Assembly (NCBI GenBank): GCA_963770145.1 | Contig: CAVYOJ010000002.1 | Span: 180,848 to 244,847, forward strand | Direction of reading: 5' to 3' | DNA from: an uncultured Actinomycetota bacterium | Lineage (GTDB): Bacteria > Actinomycetota > Actinomycetes > Mycobacteriales > CADCTP01 | DNA: 64,000 nt | In this document: positions 1 through 9,811 of the stretch, piece by piece | Layout: every line of letters starts with the position of its first letter | Numbering within the stretch: the stretch's first letter is position 1 | Position numbers and translations under genes: made by a program | The notes under the pieces: generated by a model | Seen by the model: the letters and a program-made list of their open reading frames with translations, nothing else | Told to the model about the DNA's origin: nothing | Database searches by the model: none

Positions 1-1095
1 CCTCCGTGCGGTGGCAGAGCATGTCCGGCTCCGCCGGCGGCCGGGCCAGCGCGCCGCCGAGCTGTCGCAGCTCGACCATGACCTGAGGGGAACCGGAGCC
101 CGGCCCGGCCACCTCGAGCAGGGCGTCGACCGCCTCCGCCGGCAGCGAGCGCAGCATGTCGGTCTCCTCGTGGGTCGGCATCGGGTCGACCGGGTCGGAG
201 TGCACCGCGCCGATCGACGCGTACGGCAGAGTCGTCACGGTGTCCGCGATCGGCTCGGCGACCGTCCGCAGCGGCCGAGCAGCTCCTGCCCGTCGGCCGC
301 GGATCCGGTCCAGACGTACCGGACCGATACCGTGAGCTTGCCGGCCAGCGGCGGCGGCACCGCCGGCAGCGGCGGCAGCTGCATCACCGCAATCGACGTG
401 GTCGCCTGCTCCGGCAGCGCCTGCGACCAGGTCCGCCACGCTCCCAGCACGTCCGCCGCGGCGGCGCCGTCGAACCACAGCGCACCGCCGTACACCTCGC
501 GCTGCTCGACCAGGTCGAACTCCATCGCGGTGACGATGCCGACCGCGCCCTTGCCGCCGCGTACCGCGGCGAAGAGCTCGTGACCAGGCTCGACCCGACG
601 CAGCTCGCCGTCGCCGGTGACCAGCTCGACCGCGCGGACCAGGTCGGAGGCGTAGCCGAACGTGTGCGAGACCGGCCCGATCCCGCCGCCGGTGGTGTAG
701 CCGACGACGCCGACGCCCGGCGCGGAGCCGGCCAGCCCGGCCAGCCCGTGCGGGGCGGCGGTGTCGAGCACCTGCTGCCAGCGCACGCCGGCGCCGACCC
801 TTGCCCAGCCGTCGGGGTGCACGGCGCACTCGTCCAGCCCGCCGGTGTGCACCAGCAGCGCGCCGTCGAGGGTGCCGGCGATGCCGTGACCGGTGGCCTG
901 GACGGCGACGGGCAGCCCGGCCGCGGCGGCAGACCGGACCGCCTCGGCGACGTCCTCGGCACCGCGGGCCTCGGCCACCGCGGCCGGCGTGCTGGTGACG
1001 GCGGTGTTGAACGGCATGGCCAGCCGGGCGTAGCGGTCGTCGCCGGGCAGCGCGAGCGGCACTCGCCGGCTGAGGCTGTCGAAGGAGCTGGACAT
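1..1095 (-). CDS. FAD-binding oxidoreductase (PCMH-type FAD domain, BBE/VAO-like). The 3' end runs off the window and the frame is interrupted near nt 290.
   Basis: This is the tail of ORF 235..3696(-), starting at MSSSFDSL (ATG 1095-1093). It carries the motifs AVQATGHGIAG, VVGYTTGGGIGP and LFAAVRGGKGAVGIVTAMEF. After about nt 290 the conserved C-terminal part (RPLRTVAEPIADTVTTLPYASIGAVHSDPVDPMP...) continues in another minus frame down to nt 1. Confidence 0.8.
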
Positions 1096-1197
1096 CTGGG
1101 CTTCCTCTCCGGTGGTGGTCGATGGACCCGACACTGCCGGACGGCGCTGACACGCACTGGAAGACCGATCGAACGGCGAAGGTGCGAAGCTCGGGGC

Positions 1198-1593
1198 ATG
1201 ACCGAACGGAACGTCCTGGGCGGCGAACTGGAGGAGTGCGGGACCGACCCGCTGACCGGCTTCTACCGCGACGGCTGCTGCACGTCCGGGCCCGAGGACC
1301 TCGGCAGCCACACGGTCTGCGTGGTGCTGACCGCCGAGTTCCTGGACTTCCAGCGCCAGGTCGGCAACGACCTGGTGACCGCGCGGCCGGAGTACGGCTT
1401 CCCGGGGCTGACGCCGGGCGACCGCTGGTGCGTGGTCGCGGTCCGCTGGCTGCAGGCATACCGGGCCGGGGTGCCGGCGCCGGTCGTGCTGGCCGCGACG
1501 AACGCCAGGGCCATGGAGGTGGTCCCGCTGGCCGCGCTGCGCGAGCAGGCGGTGGACGTGCCGGCCGACCCCGGTTCGCTCACCGGCGAGTGA
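1198..1593 (+). CDS. DUF2237 family protein
   Basis: ATG at 1198, in frame with ORF 580..1593. The sequence NVLGGELEECGTDPLTGFYRDGCCTSGPEDLGSHTVC...GNDL...GLTPGDRWCVVAVRW matches the DUF2237 signature as I remember it. GC3 is high. Confidence 0.85.
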   Translation: MTERNVLGGELEECGTDPLTGFYRDGCCTSGPEDLGSHTVCVVLTAEFLDFQRQVGNDLVTARPEYGFPGLTPGDRWCVVAVRWLQAYRAGVPAPVVLAATNARAMEVVPLAALREQAVDVPADPGSLTGE

Positions 1594-1683
1594 GCCGTCT
1601 GATGCAACCGCCCTGCTAACGAGCCCGCGGCCAGCCGCGGAGGAGGAAGATCGCGTGCAGGTCCCCCAGCCGAGGAGCGCCCC

Positions 1684-2487
1684 ATGACCCAGTCCGCCAC
1701 TCCCGTCGTCTTCATTCACGGTCTCTGGCTGCACCACACCAGCTGGAACCCGTGGCTGGAGCTGTTCACGGAGCGCGGCTACGCGCCGGTCGCCCCTCCC
1801 TGGCCGGGCGAGGAGGCCACCATCGCCGCCACCCGGGCCAACCCGGGGCCGATGGGCGGGTACGGCGTGATGGAGGTGGCGAACTCGTACGCGGACGTGA
1901 TCAGCGGGCTGCCCAGCAAGCCGATCGTCATCGGCCATTCGTTCGGCGGGCTGATCGCGCAGATCCTGCTCGGCCGCGGGCTGGCCGACGCGGGCGTGGC
2001 CATCGACCCGGCGCCGATCAAGGGCGTGCTGCCGCTGCCGGTGTCCGCCCTGCGGGTCGCCTCGATCGCGCTGCGCAACCCGGCGCATCACGGCGGCACG
2101 GTCGCGCTCAGCGAGGACGAGTTCCGCTACGGCTTCGCCAACAACCGCACTCCGGAGGAGTGCAAGGCCCTGTACGACGCCTGCGCCATGCCGTCGCCCG
2201 GAAAGCCGCTGTTCCAGGCGGCCACGGCCAACTTCGTGCCGCACGCCGCGACCGCGGTCGACCTGCACAACTCGCACCGCGGCCCGCTGCTCATCACGGC
2301 CGGCGGCAAGGACCACACCGTGCCGGCGTCGATCTCGCGCTACACGCACAAGCTGCACCACAACAAGTCGTCCGCGGTGACCGACCTGCGCGAGTTTCCC
2401 GACGCCGACCACTCCCTGACCATCGACTCGGACTGGCGCACGATCGCCGACGCCGTCCTCGACTGGCTCAAGGAGCGCGGCCGCTAG
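1684..2487 (+). CDS. alpha/beta hydrolase
   Basis: ORF 1684..2487 is intact. It has the nucleophile elbow GHSFGG, a VVFIHG start, and a late Asp/His (DADHSL). Confidence 0.9.
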   Translation: MTQSATPVVFIHGLWLHHTSWNPWLELFTERGYAPVAPPWPGEEATIAATRANPGPMGGYGVMEVANSYADVISGLPSKPIVIGHSFGGLIAQILLGRGLADAGVAIDPAPIKGVLPLPVSALRVASIALRNPAHHGGTVALSEDEFRYGFANNRTPEECKALYDACAMPSPGKPLFQAATANFVPHAATAVDLHNSHRGPLLITAGGKDHTVPASISRYTHKLHHNKSSAVTDLREFPDADHSLTIDSDWRTIADAVLDWLKERGR

Positions 2488-4001
2488 GCCAGCCCCAGCG
2501 ACGCCGGGTCCGCGGTCGGCGGGAGCCGGTCGAAGACGGTGACGAACGCGATCCGGCGGGCCCGGTACGGCACGTGCCGGCGGTCGAGCGCGGCGCGGAA
2601 GACGGCGGCGGTCCCGTCCAGGTCGCTGCCCACGTACACGAACCCCGGCGACTGCTCGACCGCCGCCTGCGCCTCGGGGAACCGCCGCACCCCGGCGGCG
2701 GTGGCCACGGTGATCCGGTCGCCGGCCGCGTACTGCAGCGGGGTCGCGGTCCAGTAGCCGGCCCAGACCCGGTCCTCGCCGTCGGCGGCCAGCTGCGTCG
2801 CGACCTGGCGCAGCGTCGCGTAGTGGGCCGCCGTGCCGCGGGTCTGGATGGTCGGGAAGAACGCGAAGCTGAGCGCGGCCGCGGCCGCGACCACGGCCGC
2901 CGGCACCGGCCACGGGCGAGCCGGCACCAGCGCGGCCAGCCCGATCGCCAGCAGCGGGAACACGCCGACCAGGTAGCGCGGGGTGCCGGTGTACCAGGTG
3001 GCGTTCGAGGCCGCGTAGAGCACGACGACCACCGGCGGGACGGCGAGCAGCAGGTCGCCCGGCCGCCGGCGGTCGACCCGCCCGCGCAGGAGGTCGATCA
3101 GGCCGCGCCGGCGGACCACCGCGACCAGGTACGCGGCGACCAGCCCGAGCACGACCAGCACCTGCACCGGCACCGGCAGGCCGCCCTCGGTGTGGCTGTA
3201 CGTGACCCCGACGTACTGGCGCAGCACCGGGCCGAACAGGTTGCCGAGCCGTTCGAGCGCGGTCGACGACTCGGCCGGGTGCTGCGGCAGCGGCAGCACC
3301 GGGTGGGCGAGCAGCGAGCCGAGCAGCGGCAGCAGACCGACGACGAACCCCCCGGCCAGCGCCGCCCACCGGCGCAGGTCCCGGCCGAGCACCGGCAGCA
3401 GCCAGACCAGGACCGGGATCAGCAGGTAGAGCGCGGTGGCCGCGGTCCAGATGCCGAGCCCGGCGGCCAGCCCGGTGCCGACCAGCCACCACCGGCCGCG
3501 GTCGGCCCGCAGCGCGCACCACAGCGCGACCATCCCGAGCGCCTGCCCGACGGCGTAGAAGCCGAGCGAGGTGACCGTGCCGATCACGTTGAACCAGGGG
3601 CCGACCGCGTAGAGCGCGGCCGCGACCAGCGCCCTGGCCGGGTCGCCGAGCACGTCCCGGCCGACCCGGTACACCAGCACGCAGGTCAGGCAGCACAGCG
3701 CGACCAGCGGCAGCCGCAGGGTCAGCGGGTTCTGCGGCAACCGGGTCACCGCGTAGACGGCCGCCTCCAGATACTGCTCCAGCGCGCCGCCGTACTCCTG
3801 GCCGGCGTAGAAGACGTACCCGTGGCCGGCGAGGATGCGCCGGACCATGATCCCGGTGGTCGCCTCGTCGGCGTTGAACTGCATCACCGGGCTGGCCAGG
3901 TAGGCCACCCGCGCGGCCGCCGTGACCAGCACCGCCGCGGCCAGCAGCCAGGGCAGCAGGGTGCGGCGGCGCGGCGGCGCCGGAGCGGCCGTGGTGGTCA
4001 T
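2484..4001 (-). CDS. polytopic membrane protein, GT-C fold glycosyltransferase family 39 (ArnT/PMT)-like
   Basis: Begins at MTTTAAPAPP (ATG 4001-3999) within ORF 2484..4397(-). It has many hydrophobic segments and an early loop motif NADEATTG. An ATGA overlap links it to the upstream DUF3037 gene stop. Confidence 0.6.
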   Translation of the reverse strand: MTTTAAPAPPRRRTLLPWLLAAAVLVTAAARVAYLASPVMQFNADEATTGIMVRRILAGHGYVFYAGQEYGGALEQYLEAAVYAVTRLPQNPLTLRLPLVALCCLTCVLVYRVGRDVLGDPARALVAAALYAVGPWFNVIGTVTSLGFYAVGQALGMVALWCALRADRGRWWLVGTGLAAGLGIWTAATALYLLIPVLVWLLPVLGRDLRRWAALAGGFVVGLLPLLGSLLAHPVLPLPQHPAESSTALERLGNLFGPVLRQYVGVTYSHTEGGLPVPVQVLVVLGLVAAYLVAVVRRRGLIDLLRGRVDRRRPGDLLLAVPPVVVVLYAASNATWYTGTPRYLVGVFPLLAIGLAALVPARPWPVPAAVVAAAAALSFAFFPTIQTRGTAAHYATLRQVATQLAADGEDRVWAGYWTATPLQYAAGDRITVATAAGVRRFPEAQAAVEQSPGFVYVGSDLDGTAAVFRAALDRRHVPYRARRIAFVTVFDRLPPTADPASLGLA

Positions 4002-4387
4002 CGGACCGGCAGCACCAGCGCCCGCAGCAGTCGCTCGGCGTCCGCGTCGGGGTCCTCGGTGAGCCCGGTGTGCACCGGGCCCGGCTGCACCACCGTGCTG
4101 CGCGGCGCGGTCAGCCAGCGGAACCGCTTGCCCAGGTCCTCCCGGGCCGGCGGGCCGGCGTCCGGGTCGCCGCCGCAGATGTCGGCCGCCGCCTGCAGCG
4201 CCCGGCGGACCGCGGCCGCGTCGGCGTCCGGGTCGAGCGCCCGCAGCCGGTCCTCGTCCAGCCAGACCCGGGAGCCGAGGTAGTCCAGCGGCCGGCAGTA
4301 GAGCAGCACGCCGGCGTTCATCGTCTCGCCGCGATCCACCCGCGGCACCACCCGCAGCACCGCGTACTCGAACAGCTGCCGGGTCAC
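3998..4387 (-). CDS. DUF3037 domain-containing protein
   Basis: GTG at 4387 forms a GTGA overlap with the kinase stop. The sequence VTRQLFEYAVLRVVPRVDRGETMNAGVLLYCRPLDYL...FRWLTAPRSTVVQPGPVH is typical of DUF3037. Confidence 0.75.
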   Translation of the reverse strand: MTRQLFEYAVLRVVPRVDRGETMNAGVLLYCRPLDYLGSRVWLDEDRLRALDPDADAAAVRRALQAAADICGGDPDAGPPAREDLGKRFRWLTAPRSTVVQPGPVHTGLTEDPDADAERLLRALVLPVR

Positions 4388-5194
4388 CGCGCACCACCGC
4401 CGTCCAGCCAGCGCGGCCGCGAGCCGCGGGTCGGGGTGCGCTCGCCGGCCCCGGCGACGGCCGCCTCGACCAGCGGCGGCACCCACGAGTCGCGGGCGGC
4501 GACCCGGGCCAGCAACCGGTCCGCGTACGCCGCCGGCTCGGTCGTCAGCCAGTCCGCCGGCACATCCGCCAGCGCGGCAGCGACCAGGTCTGCGGTCACC
4601 AGCGGGGCCAGCGCCGCGTCCGCGCCGGCGACGTCCGGGCGGCAGCCGAGCAGCACGTGGTCGCGGGCGTCGTACGGCCGGGCCGGCCAGCGGTCCGCGG
4701 CCGGCCCAGTTGTACTGGAACGTCAGCGTCGCGCCGTGGTCGATCAGGTAGGGCGCGCCGTGCCAGTGCAGCAGGTTGGGGTTGCGCCAGGACCGGTCGA
4801 CGTTGCCGACCAGCGCGTCGAACCAGAGCACCCGGCCGGCGAAGTCGGCGTCCACCGCGAACGCCACCGGATCAAGGTCGAACGCGCCGGGCAGGTAGTC
4901 GATCCCCAGGTTGCGCCCGCCGGACGCGCGCAGCAGGTCCTGCACCTCCTGGTCCGGCTCGCCGGCGGCCAGCCCCGGGTCGACGTCGACGGTGACCAGC
5001 TCCGGCACCGGCAGCCCGAGCGACCGGGCCAGCTGCCCGCTGACGACCTCGGCGACCAGCGTGCCGGGGCCCTGGCCGGCGCCGCGGAACTTCACCACGT
5101 ACGTCCCGAGGTCGTCGGCCTCCATCAGGCCCGGCAGCGAGCCGCCCTCGCGCAGCGGCACCACGTACCGCGTGGCGGCGACCTCGGGCAGCAC
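4384..5194 (-). CDS. HipA-family (HipA-like C-terminal) serine/threonine kinase; frame interrupted near 4700
   Basis: The N-terminal 165 aa of ORF 3998..5194(-) read RYVVPLREGGSLPGLMEADDLGTYVVKFRGAGQG...NVDRSWRNPNLL...YLIDHGATL. The protein continues as ...RWPARPYDARDHVLLGCRPDVAGAD... in ORF 4384..4656(-). Confidence 0.7.
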
Positions 5195-5210
5195 CCTCGG
5201 AGCGTACGGC

Positions 5211-5381
5211 TCAGTCGCCGTCCGGCGCCGCGTGGTCCGGCTCGCCCGGGGTCGGGTCGCGGCTCAGGTCGATCAGCGGCCGCTCGCCGGCGTCGTCCGG
5301 GGCGAGGTGGCGCGGCTCGGTCTCGGAGTCGGCGATCGAGCCGGTCGTGCTGTTGGGCACGGTCTCCTCGGGGTCGGTCAC
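5211..5381 (-). CDS. small acidic hypothetical protein (56 aa)
   Basis: Not in the ORF track. GTG at 5381 is preceded by GGAGGA. The product reads VTDPEETVPNSTTGSIADSETEPRHLAPDDAGERPLIDLSRDPTPGEPDHAAPDGD*. Nearly every codon ends in G or C. The stop lies 16 nt upstream of the kinase start. Confidence 0.4.
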   Translation of the reverse strand: MTDPEETVPNSTTGSIADSETEPRHLAPDDAGERPLIDLSRDPTPGEPDHAAPDGD

Positions 5382-5566
5382 GGGTCCTCCAGCGGGGTCG
5401 GGGTCGGGTGACCGGGAGGCACCTTACAAGCTCACCGGTTCACCATCGCGGCGAGGAAGACCTTCCCGATGTCGGGCATCACCGTAGAAGAGGGGCAAAT
5501 CGTCCCTCGTCGGAGCGGCGTTCGAATGCGACTCGCCGTCAGGAGGCGAGCCTGCGTCGGTGTGGG

Positions 5567-6166
5567 TCAGCGCACGGAGTGCAGGATCGTCCGGGACACC
5601 GCCCGGTCGACCAGCCCGAGCACCTCGTCGCGGCTGCGGACCGGCTCGTCGTTCCACCGGGCCAGCTCGCGGACCCTGGCCGCACGGGCGGCCGGGTGCA
5701 CCGCGTCGTAGGGCGCGGTCGGCACCCGCTCGTACGACGGGTCCTCGGCCAGCGTGTGCCAGAGCGTGTCGACCGCGAGCGCGGCCTGCCCGCGGCGCTC
5801 CCGCCGGTCGACCGAGCCGGATGCGTGCGCCACGGCACCGACCAGGCAGGCGCCGACCACGTCGGTGCGGGTGAGCAGCAGCAGGCCGAACGGGCTGACC
5901 GGCCGGCTCTCGCCGTTTCGGCCGCGCACGAGGTAGAACGCGTCCTGCACCCAGCCCTGGGCGATCAGCGTGCGGGCGCGCTCGAGCACGGCCCGGGCAC
6001 CCTCCAACTGGCGCAGCCGCTCCAGCTCGGCGTCCCGGCGGGGCGGCAGCAACCCGCCCCAGCGCCGCTTCGGGTCCGTGTGTCTTGCCGGCGCCTGGAT
6101 CTCCGGCGCCTGCGTGTCGGGCCGGATCTCGGTCCGGTCGAGCCCGTCGACGAGTCCCACGGCCAT
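5567..6166 (-). CDS. hypothetical protein
   Basis: ORF 5567..6166(-) is intact with high GC3. I recognise no family. A hairpin (CTCGCC-N7-GGCGAG, 5532..5550) follows the stop. Confidence 0.6.
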   Translation of the reverse strand: MAVGLVDGLDRTEIRPDTQAPEIQAPARHTDPKRRWGGLLPPRRDAELERLRQLEGARAVLERARTLIAQGWVQDAFYLVRGRNGESRPVSPFGLLLLTRTDVVGACLVGAVAHASGSVDRRERRGQAALAVDTLWHTLAEDPSYERVPTAPYDAVHPAARAARVRELARWNDEPVRSRDEVLGLVDRAVSRTILHSVR

Positions 6167-6264
6167 GGCGGCCTCCCCGGGTGCGCTGCGGTTCCAGCAG
6201 GCAGCGTACGCCCACTGCGTGTCGATAGGGTTTCCCTCTCAGCCACCGTCCGCGGAGGTTCGCG

Positions 6265-7981
6265 ATGCCGCCGTCCGACCGCGCCGGCCAGCCGGCCACG
6301 CCAGCCGACCTCGTCGACGTGCCGAAGCTGGTCACCGCCTACTACGCCGAGCACCCCGACGTCGGCGTCGCCGAGCAGCGGGTGTCGTTCGGCACCTCGG
6401 GCCACCGCGGGTCGTCGCTGAGCCTGTCGTTCAACTCCGACCACATCGTGGCCACCAGCCAGGCGATCTGCGACTACCGCGGGCAGGCCGGCACCGACGG
6501 TCCGCTGTTCCTCGGCCGGGACACGCACGCGCTGTCCGAGCCGGCGTTCGTCGACGCGCTGGAGGTGTTCGCCGGCAACGGCGTGCGGGTGCTGGTCGAC
6601 GCGCAGGACACGTACACGCCGACGCCGGCGGTCTCGCACGCGATCCTGCGCTACAACCGGGGCCGCACCGACGGGCTGGCCGACGGCGTGGTGGTGACCC
6701 CGTCGCACAACCCGCCCTCGGACGGCGGCTTCAAGTACAACCCGCCCAACGGCGGGCCGGCCGACACCGACGTCACCCGGTGGATCCAGGACCGGGCCAA
6801 CGAGCTGCTCGGCGCCGGCCTGCGCGGCGTCCGCCGGATCGGCTACGCCAGCGGCCAGGGCGGCCGACACCACCGGCAGGTACGACTACGTCGACGGCTA
6901 CGTCTCCGACCTCGGCGCCGCGCTCGACCTCGACCCGGTCCGCTCGGCCGGGATCCGGATCGGCGCCGACCCGCTCGGCGGCGCCTCGGTGCCGTACTGG
7001 GGCGAGATCGGCTCCCGCTACGGCCTCGACCTCACCGTGGTCAACCCGCTCGTCGACCCGACCTGGCGGTTCATGACGCTGGACTGGGACGGCAAGATCC
7101 GGATGGACTGCTCCTCGCCGTACGCGATGGCGTCGCTGATCAAGAACAAGGACGACTACCGGATCGCCACCGGCAACGACGCGGACGCCGACCGGCACGG
7201 GATCGTGACCCCGGACGCCGGCCTGCTCAACCCCAACCACTACCTCGCGGTGGCGATCCGCTACCTGTTCGCGCACCGGGACGGCTGGCCGGCCGGCACC
7301 GCGATCGGCAAGACGATCGTGTCGTCGCGGATGATCGACCTGGTCGCCGCCGACCTCGGCCGCCGGCTGATCGAGGTGCCGGTCGGGTTCAAGTGGTTCG
7401 TGCCGGGGCTGCTCGACTCCTCGGTCGGCTTCGGCGGCGAGGAGAGCGCGGGCGCGTCGTTCCTGCGCCGGGACGGCGGCACCTGGACCACCGACAAGGA
7501 CGGCATCCTGCTGGCCCTGCTCGCCTCGGAGATCACCGCGGTGACCGGCAAGACGCCCGGCGAGCACTACGCGGAGCTGACCGCGGTGTTCGGCGACCCG
7601 GCGTACGCGCGGGTGGACGAGCCGGCGACCCGGGAGCAGAAGGCGGCGCTGGCGAAGCTCTCGCCGGAGCAGGTCAGCGCGACCGAGCTGGCCGGCGACC
7701 CGATCACGGAGAAGCTGACCACCGCTCCCGGCAACGGCGCCGCGATCGGCGGCCTGGTCGTCCGCACCGAGCAGGCCTGGTTCGCGGCCCGCCCGTCCGG
7801 CACCGAGGACGTCTACAAGGTCTACGCAGAGTCCTTCCGCGGCCCGGACCACCTCGCGAAGGTCCAGGAGGAGGCACCGCGCCTGGTCGCCTGCACCGGC
7901 GCGCCCGTCGAGCGGACCGCGCCCGACTCCGGCCGAGGCGACCGGACCGGACCTGCCGAGACCGGGAAGGTGTCGAGGTGA
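6265..7981 (+). CDS. pgm: phosphoglucomutase, alpha-D-glucose phosphate-specific; frame interrupted near 6853
   Basis: Contains the phosphoserine loop [15 protein letters not shown] in ORF 6265... The second part lies in ORF 6989..7981 ([11 protein letters not shown]..., [36 protein letters not shown]). The junction is IGYAS|[12 protein letters not shown]. An RBS GCGGAGG precedes ATG 6265. Confidence 0.92.
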
Positions 7982-8031
7982 TGGGGCCACTCCGCCATCG
8001 GCGGGGCTCGTTGGAAGAGGTCGGTCGAGAC

Positions 8032-8836
8032 TCACCAGGCCACCGCCCGGGGGTTACGGGGCCGCCCCCGACGGTTACGAGCCACCGACGGCCACGGGTT
8101 GGGCGCGCAGCCGTAGAGCGACTTGCTCTGCTGCACCATCACCGGGGCCGGCGCGCCGGGCGCCGGGCAGCCCTTGTGGCCGTGCCCGAGCCGGTGCCCG
8201 ACCTCGTGGTTGACCAGGTAGGCGCGGTAGTCGTCGAGATGGCCGCGATACCAGGGCACCGCGTCGACCCAGCGCTTCGCGTTGAGGATGACCCGGTTGC
8301 CGTTACGGCAGGACAGCTCGCCGACCGTGTCCAGCGGGTAGCAGAGCCGGTCGACCATCGTCGGCGAGGCGAGGATCAGCTCGAACGAGGCCGGCCCCGG
8401 GGTGCGGACGAACGCGACGTGCTCGATCGGCTGCCAGCCGCGCGGGTCGGTCAGCGTCCGCTGCACCTGCGCGGCCACCGCCGCGCCGTCCAGCGGGAGC
8501 CCGCCCTCGATCTCCAGCCGGTAGGTCATCCGGGTGCCGGGGCCGGTCGGGCCGGCGGTGCCGGGCACGGTGACCAGCCGGCCGGACCCGGCGGCCGGGA
8601 TCGTCACCGGGGTCGGCCTGGGCGTGGGCTTCGGCGTGGTCGGTCGAGGGGTCGGCGTCGTGGTGGCCGGCGCCGGGGTCGGGGTCGCCGCCGTGGTCGC
8701 CGCCGCCGGCGCCGGCCCGGTCGCCGCTGTGCCCCACCGCCGGCCGCAGGATCAGCACCAGGGCGGCCACCGCCAGCACCGCGACGCCGACGGCCCAGCG
8801 GGTGGGATGGCGCGACCTGACGGAGTGGTTCGGCAC
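8032..8836 (-). CDS. DUF3152 domain-containing putative zinc metalloprotease; frame interrupted near 8735
   Basis: GTG at 8836 is followed by a TM segment ([17 protein letters not shown]). A Pro/Thr linker and the catalytic part ([11 protein letters not shown]) then lie in the frame of ORF 8032..8607(-). Confidence 0.8.
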
Positions 8837-8857
8837 GAGCCGGAACTCTACGGGCCG

Positions 8858-9811
8858 TCAGGCGCCGTCGAGGCCCTCCAGCGTGTCCGGCACCTGCAGG
8901 CCCTGCCGGCGCCAGAGCGGGACTCCGACCTGGAGGAAGTGCGAGACCGCGTCGTAGACCTCGTCGTCGTGCACGTCGGCGACGTGCACCTCGCAGCACT
9001 CGTCGGACGCCTCGTTGACCGCGTCGGCGACGGTCTGGGCGATCGTCATGCCGCTGGCGCCCGCGTCCACCAGCACCAGCAGGATCCGCCAGGTGCGCCC
9101 ACCCGGCTCCTCCAGCCGGCGGAAGACCCGCAGCACCTCCAGCACCTCGGGCATCTCGAACAGCGCGAGCACCACGGCGCAGTCGACCTGGTCCGGCACC
9201 GTCGGGCCGGGGAAGTCGGAAAAGGCGTCGTCCGGGCCGATCTCGTACGCCTCGTCGACCTCGAGACCAGCGGCCAGGTCGGCCACGGTGGAGATGTCCG
9301 TCGGGTCCAGGGGGAAACCCAACTCGCCGCCTCCGTTCAGCCACGCGTCAACATCCGGCGGCCACTTCTCGAACAGCGTCCCGACCGGAACCTCGGTCCA
9401 CGGTGCGTCATCCGACAGCCTGTGCGCGAGCGCCATCTGGCGGTACGAGGTGTAAATCAGAGCGTGTTTGCCTTCGGAATCCGTGACGCACGGCAGCCGG
9501 ACCTCACCGGCTGAAGCCGGCGCCAGCTCACCGCCCTCGAATGGCCCCTGACCAGGTCGTTCGGACAGAACCGGTACGCACAGGGTGGACCGGGCCAGAG
9601 CGCGCAGCAGCGTCGCCCGGGCGCCGGAGAGCACGCACCGGACGAGGATTCCCTCGAGGTCATTGACCGGTCGGAAGCCGAGCTCCGCCCCGGAGTACCC
9701 GGGGTCGGGCCCCATCCCCGACTGGTCGTTCGGTGCCTCGCTCGGCACTGTCAGGCCCCCAGCTACTGGCGCGATCGTCGGCACACCGGGACGCGGGTCA
9801 CGACGCTTCAT
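8858..9811 (-). CDS. SseB family protein (full length)
   Basis: ORF 8858..9811(-) is intact. The N-terminal SseB-like core reads LLRALARSTLCVPV...GKHALIYTSYRQMAL. The C-terminal domain reads VLEVLRVFRRLEEPGGRTWRILLVLVDAG. It overlaps the upstream gene by 14 nt. Confidence 0.7.
   Translation of the reverse strand: MKRRDPRPGVPTIAPVAGGLTVPSEAPNDQSGMGPDPGYSGAELGFRPVNDLEGILVRCVLSGARATLLRALARSTLCVPVLSERPGQGPFEGGELAPASAGEVRLPCVTDSEGKHALIYTSYRQMALAHRLSDDAPWTEVPVGTLFEKWPPDVDAWLNGGGELGFPLDPTDISTVADLAAGLEVDEAYEIGPDDAFSDFPGPTVPDQVDCAVVLALFEMPEVLEVLRVFRRLEEPGGRTWRILLVLVDAGASGMTIAQTVADAVNEASDECCEVHVADVHDDEVYDAVSHFLQVGVPLWRRQGLQVPDTLEGLDGA

Noticed and set aside
235-3696. 1153-aa ORF on the minus strand, and the similar giants 1752..4283(+), 2484..4397(-) upstream part, 16964..19168(+), 22758..24185(+) and 44460..46466(-)
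   Set aside because: They are Arg/Ala/Pro/Gly-rich translations with no recognisable domains. They overlap well-supported genes on the other strand or in another frame, and they are typical stop-poor shadow ORFs of a >70% GC genome. Only the segments listed as features have protein-like sequence and the right GC3 phase.
5500-5540. tRNA-like T-loop sequence GTTCGAATG in the intergenic region
   Set aside because: No acceptor, D or anticodon stems can be drawn around it on either strand. The flanking stems do not pair.
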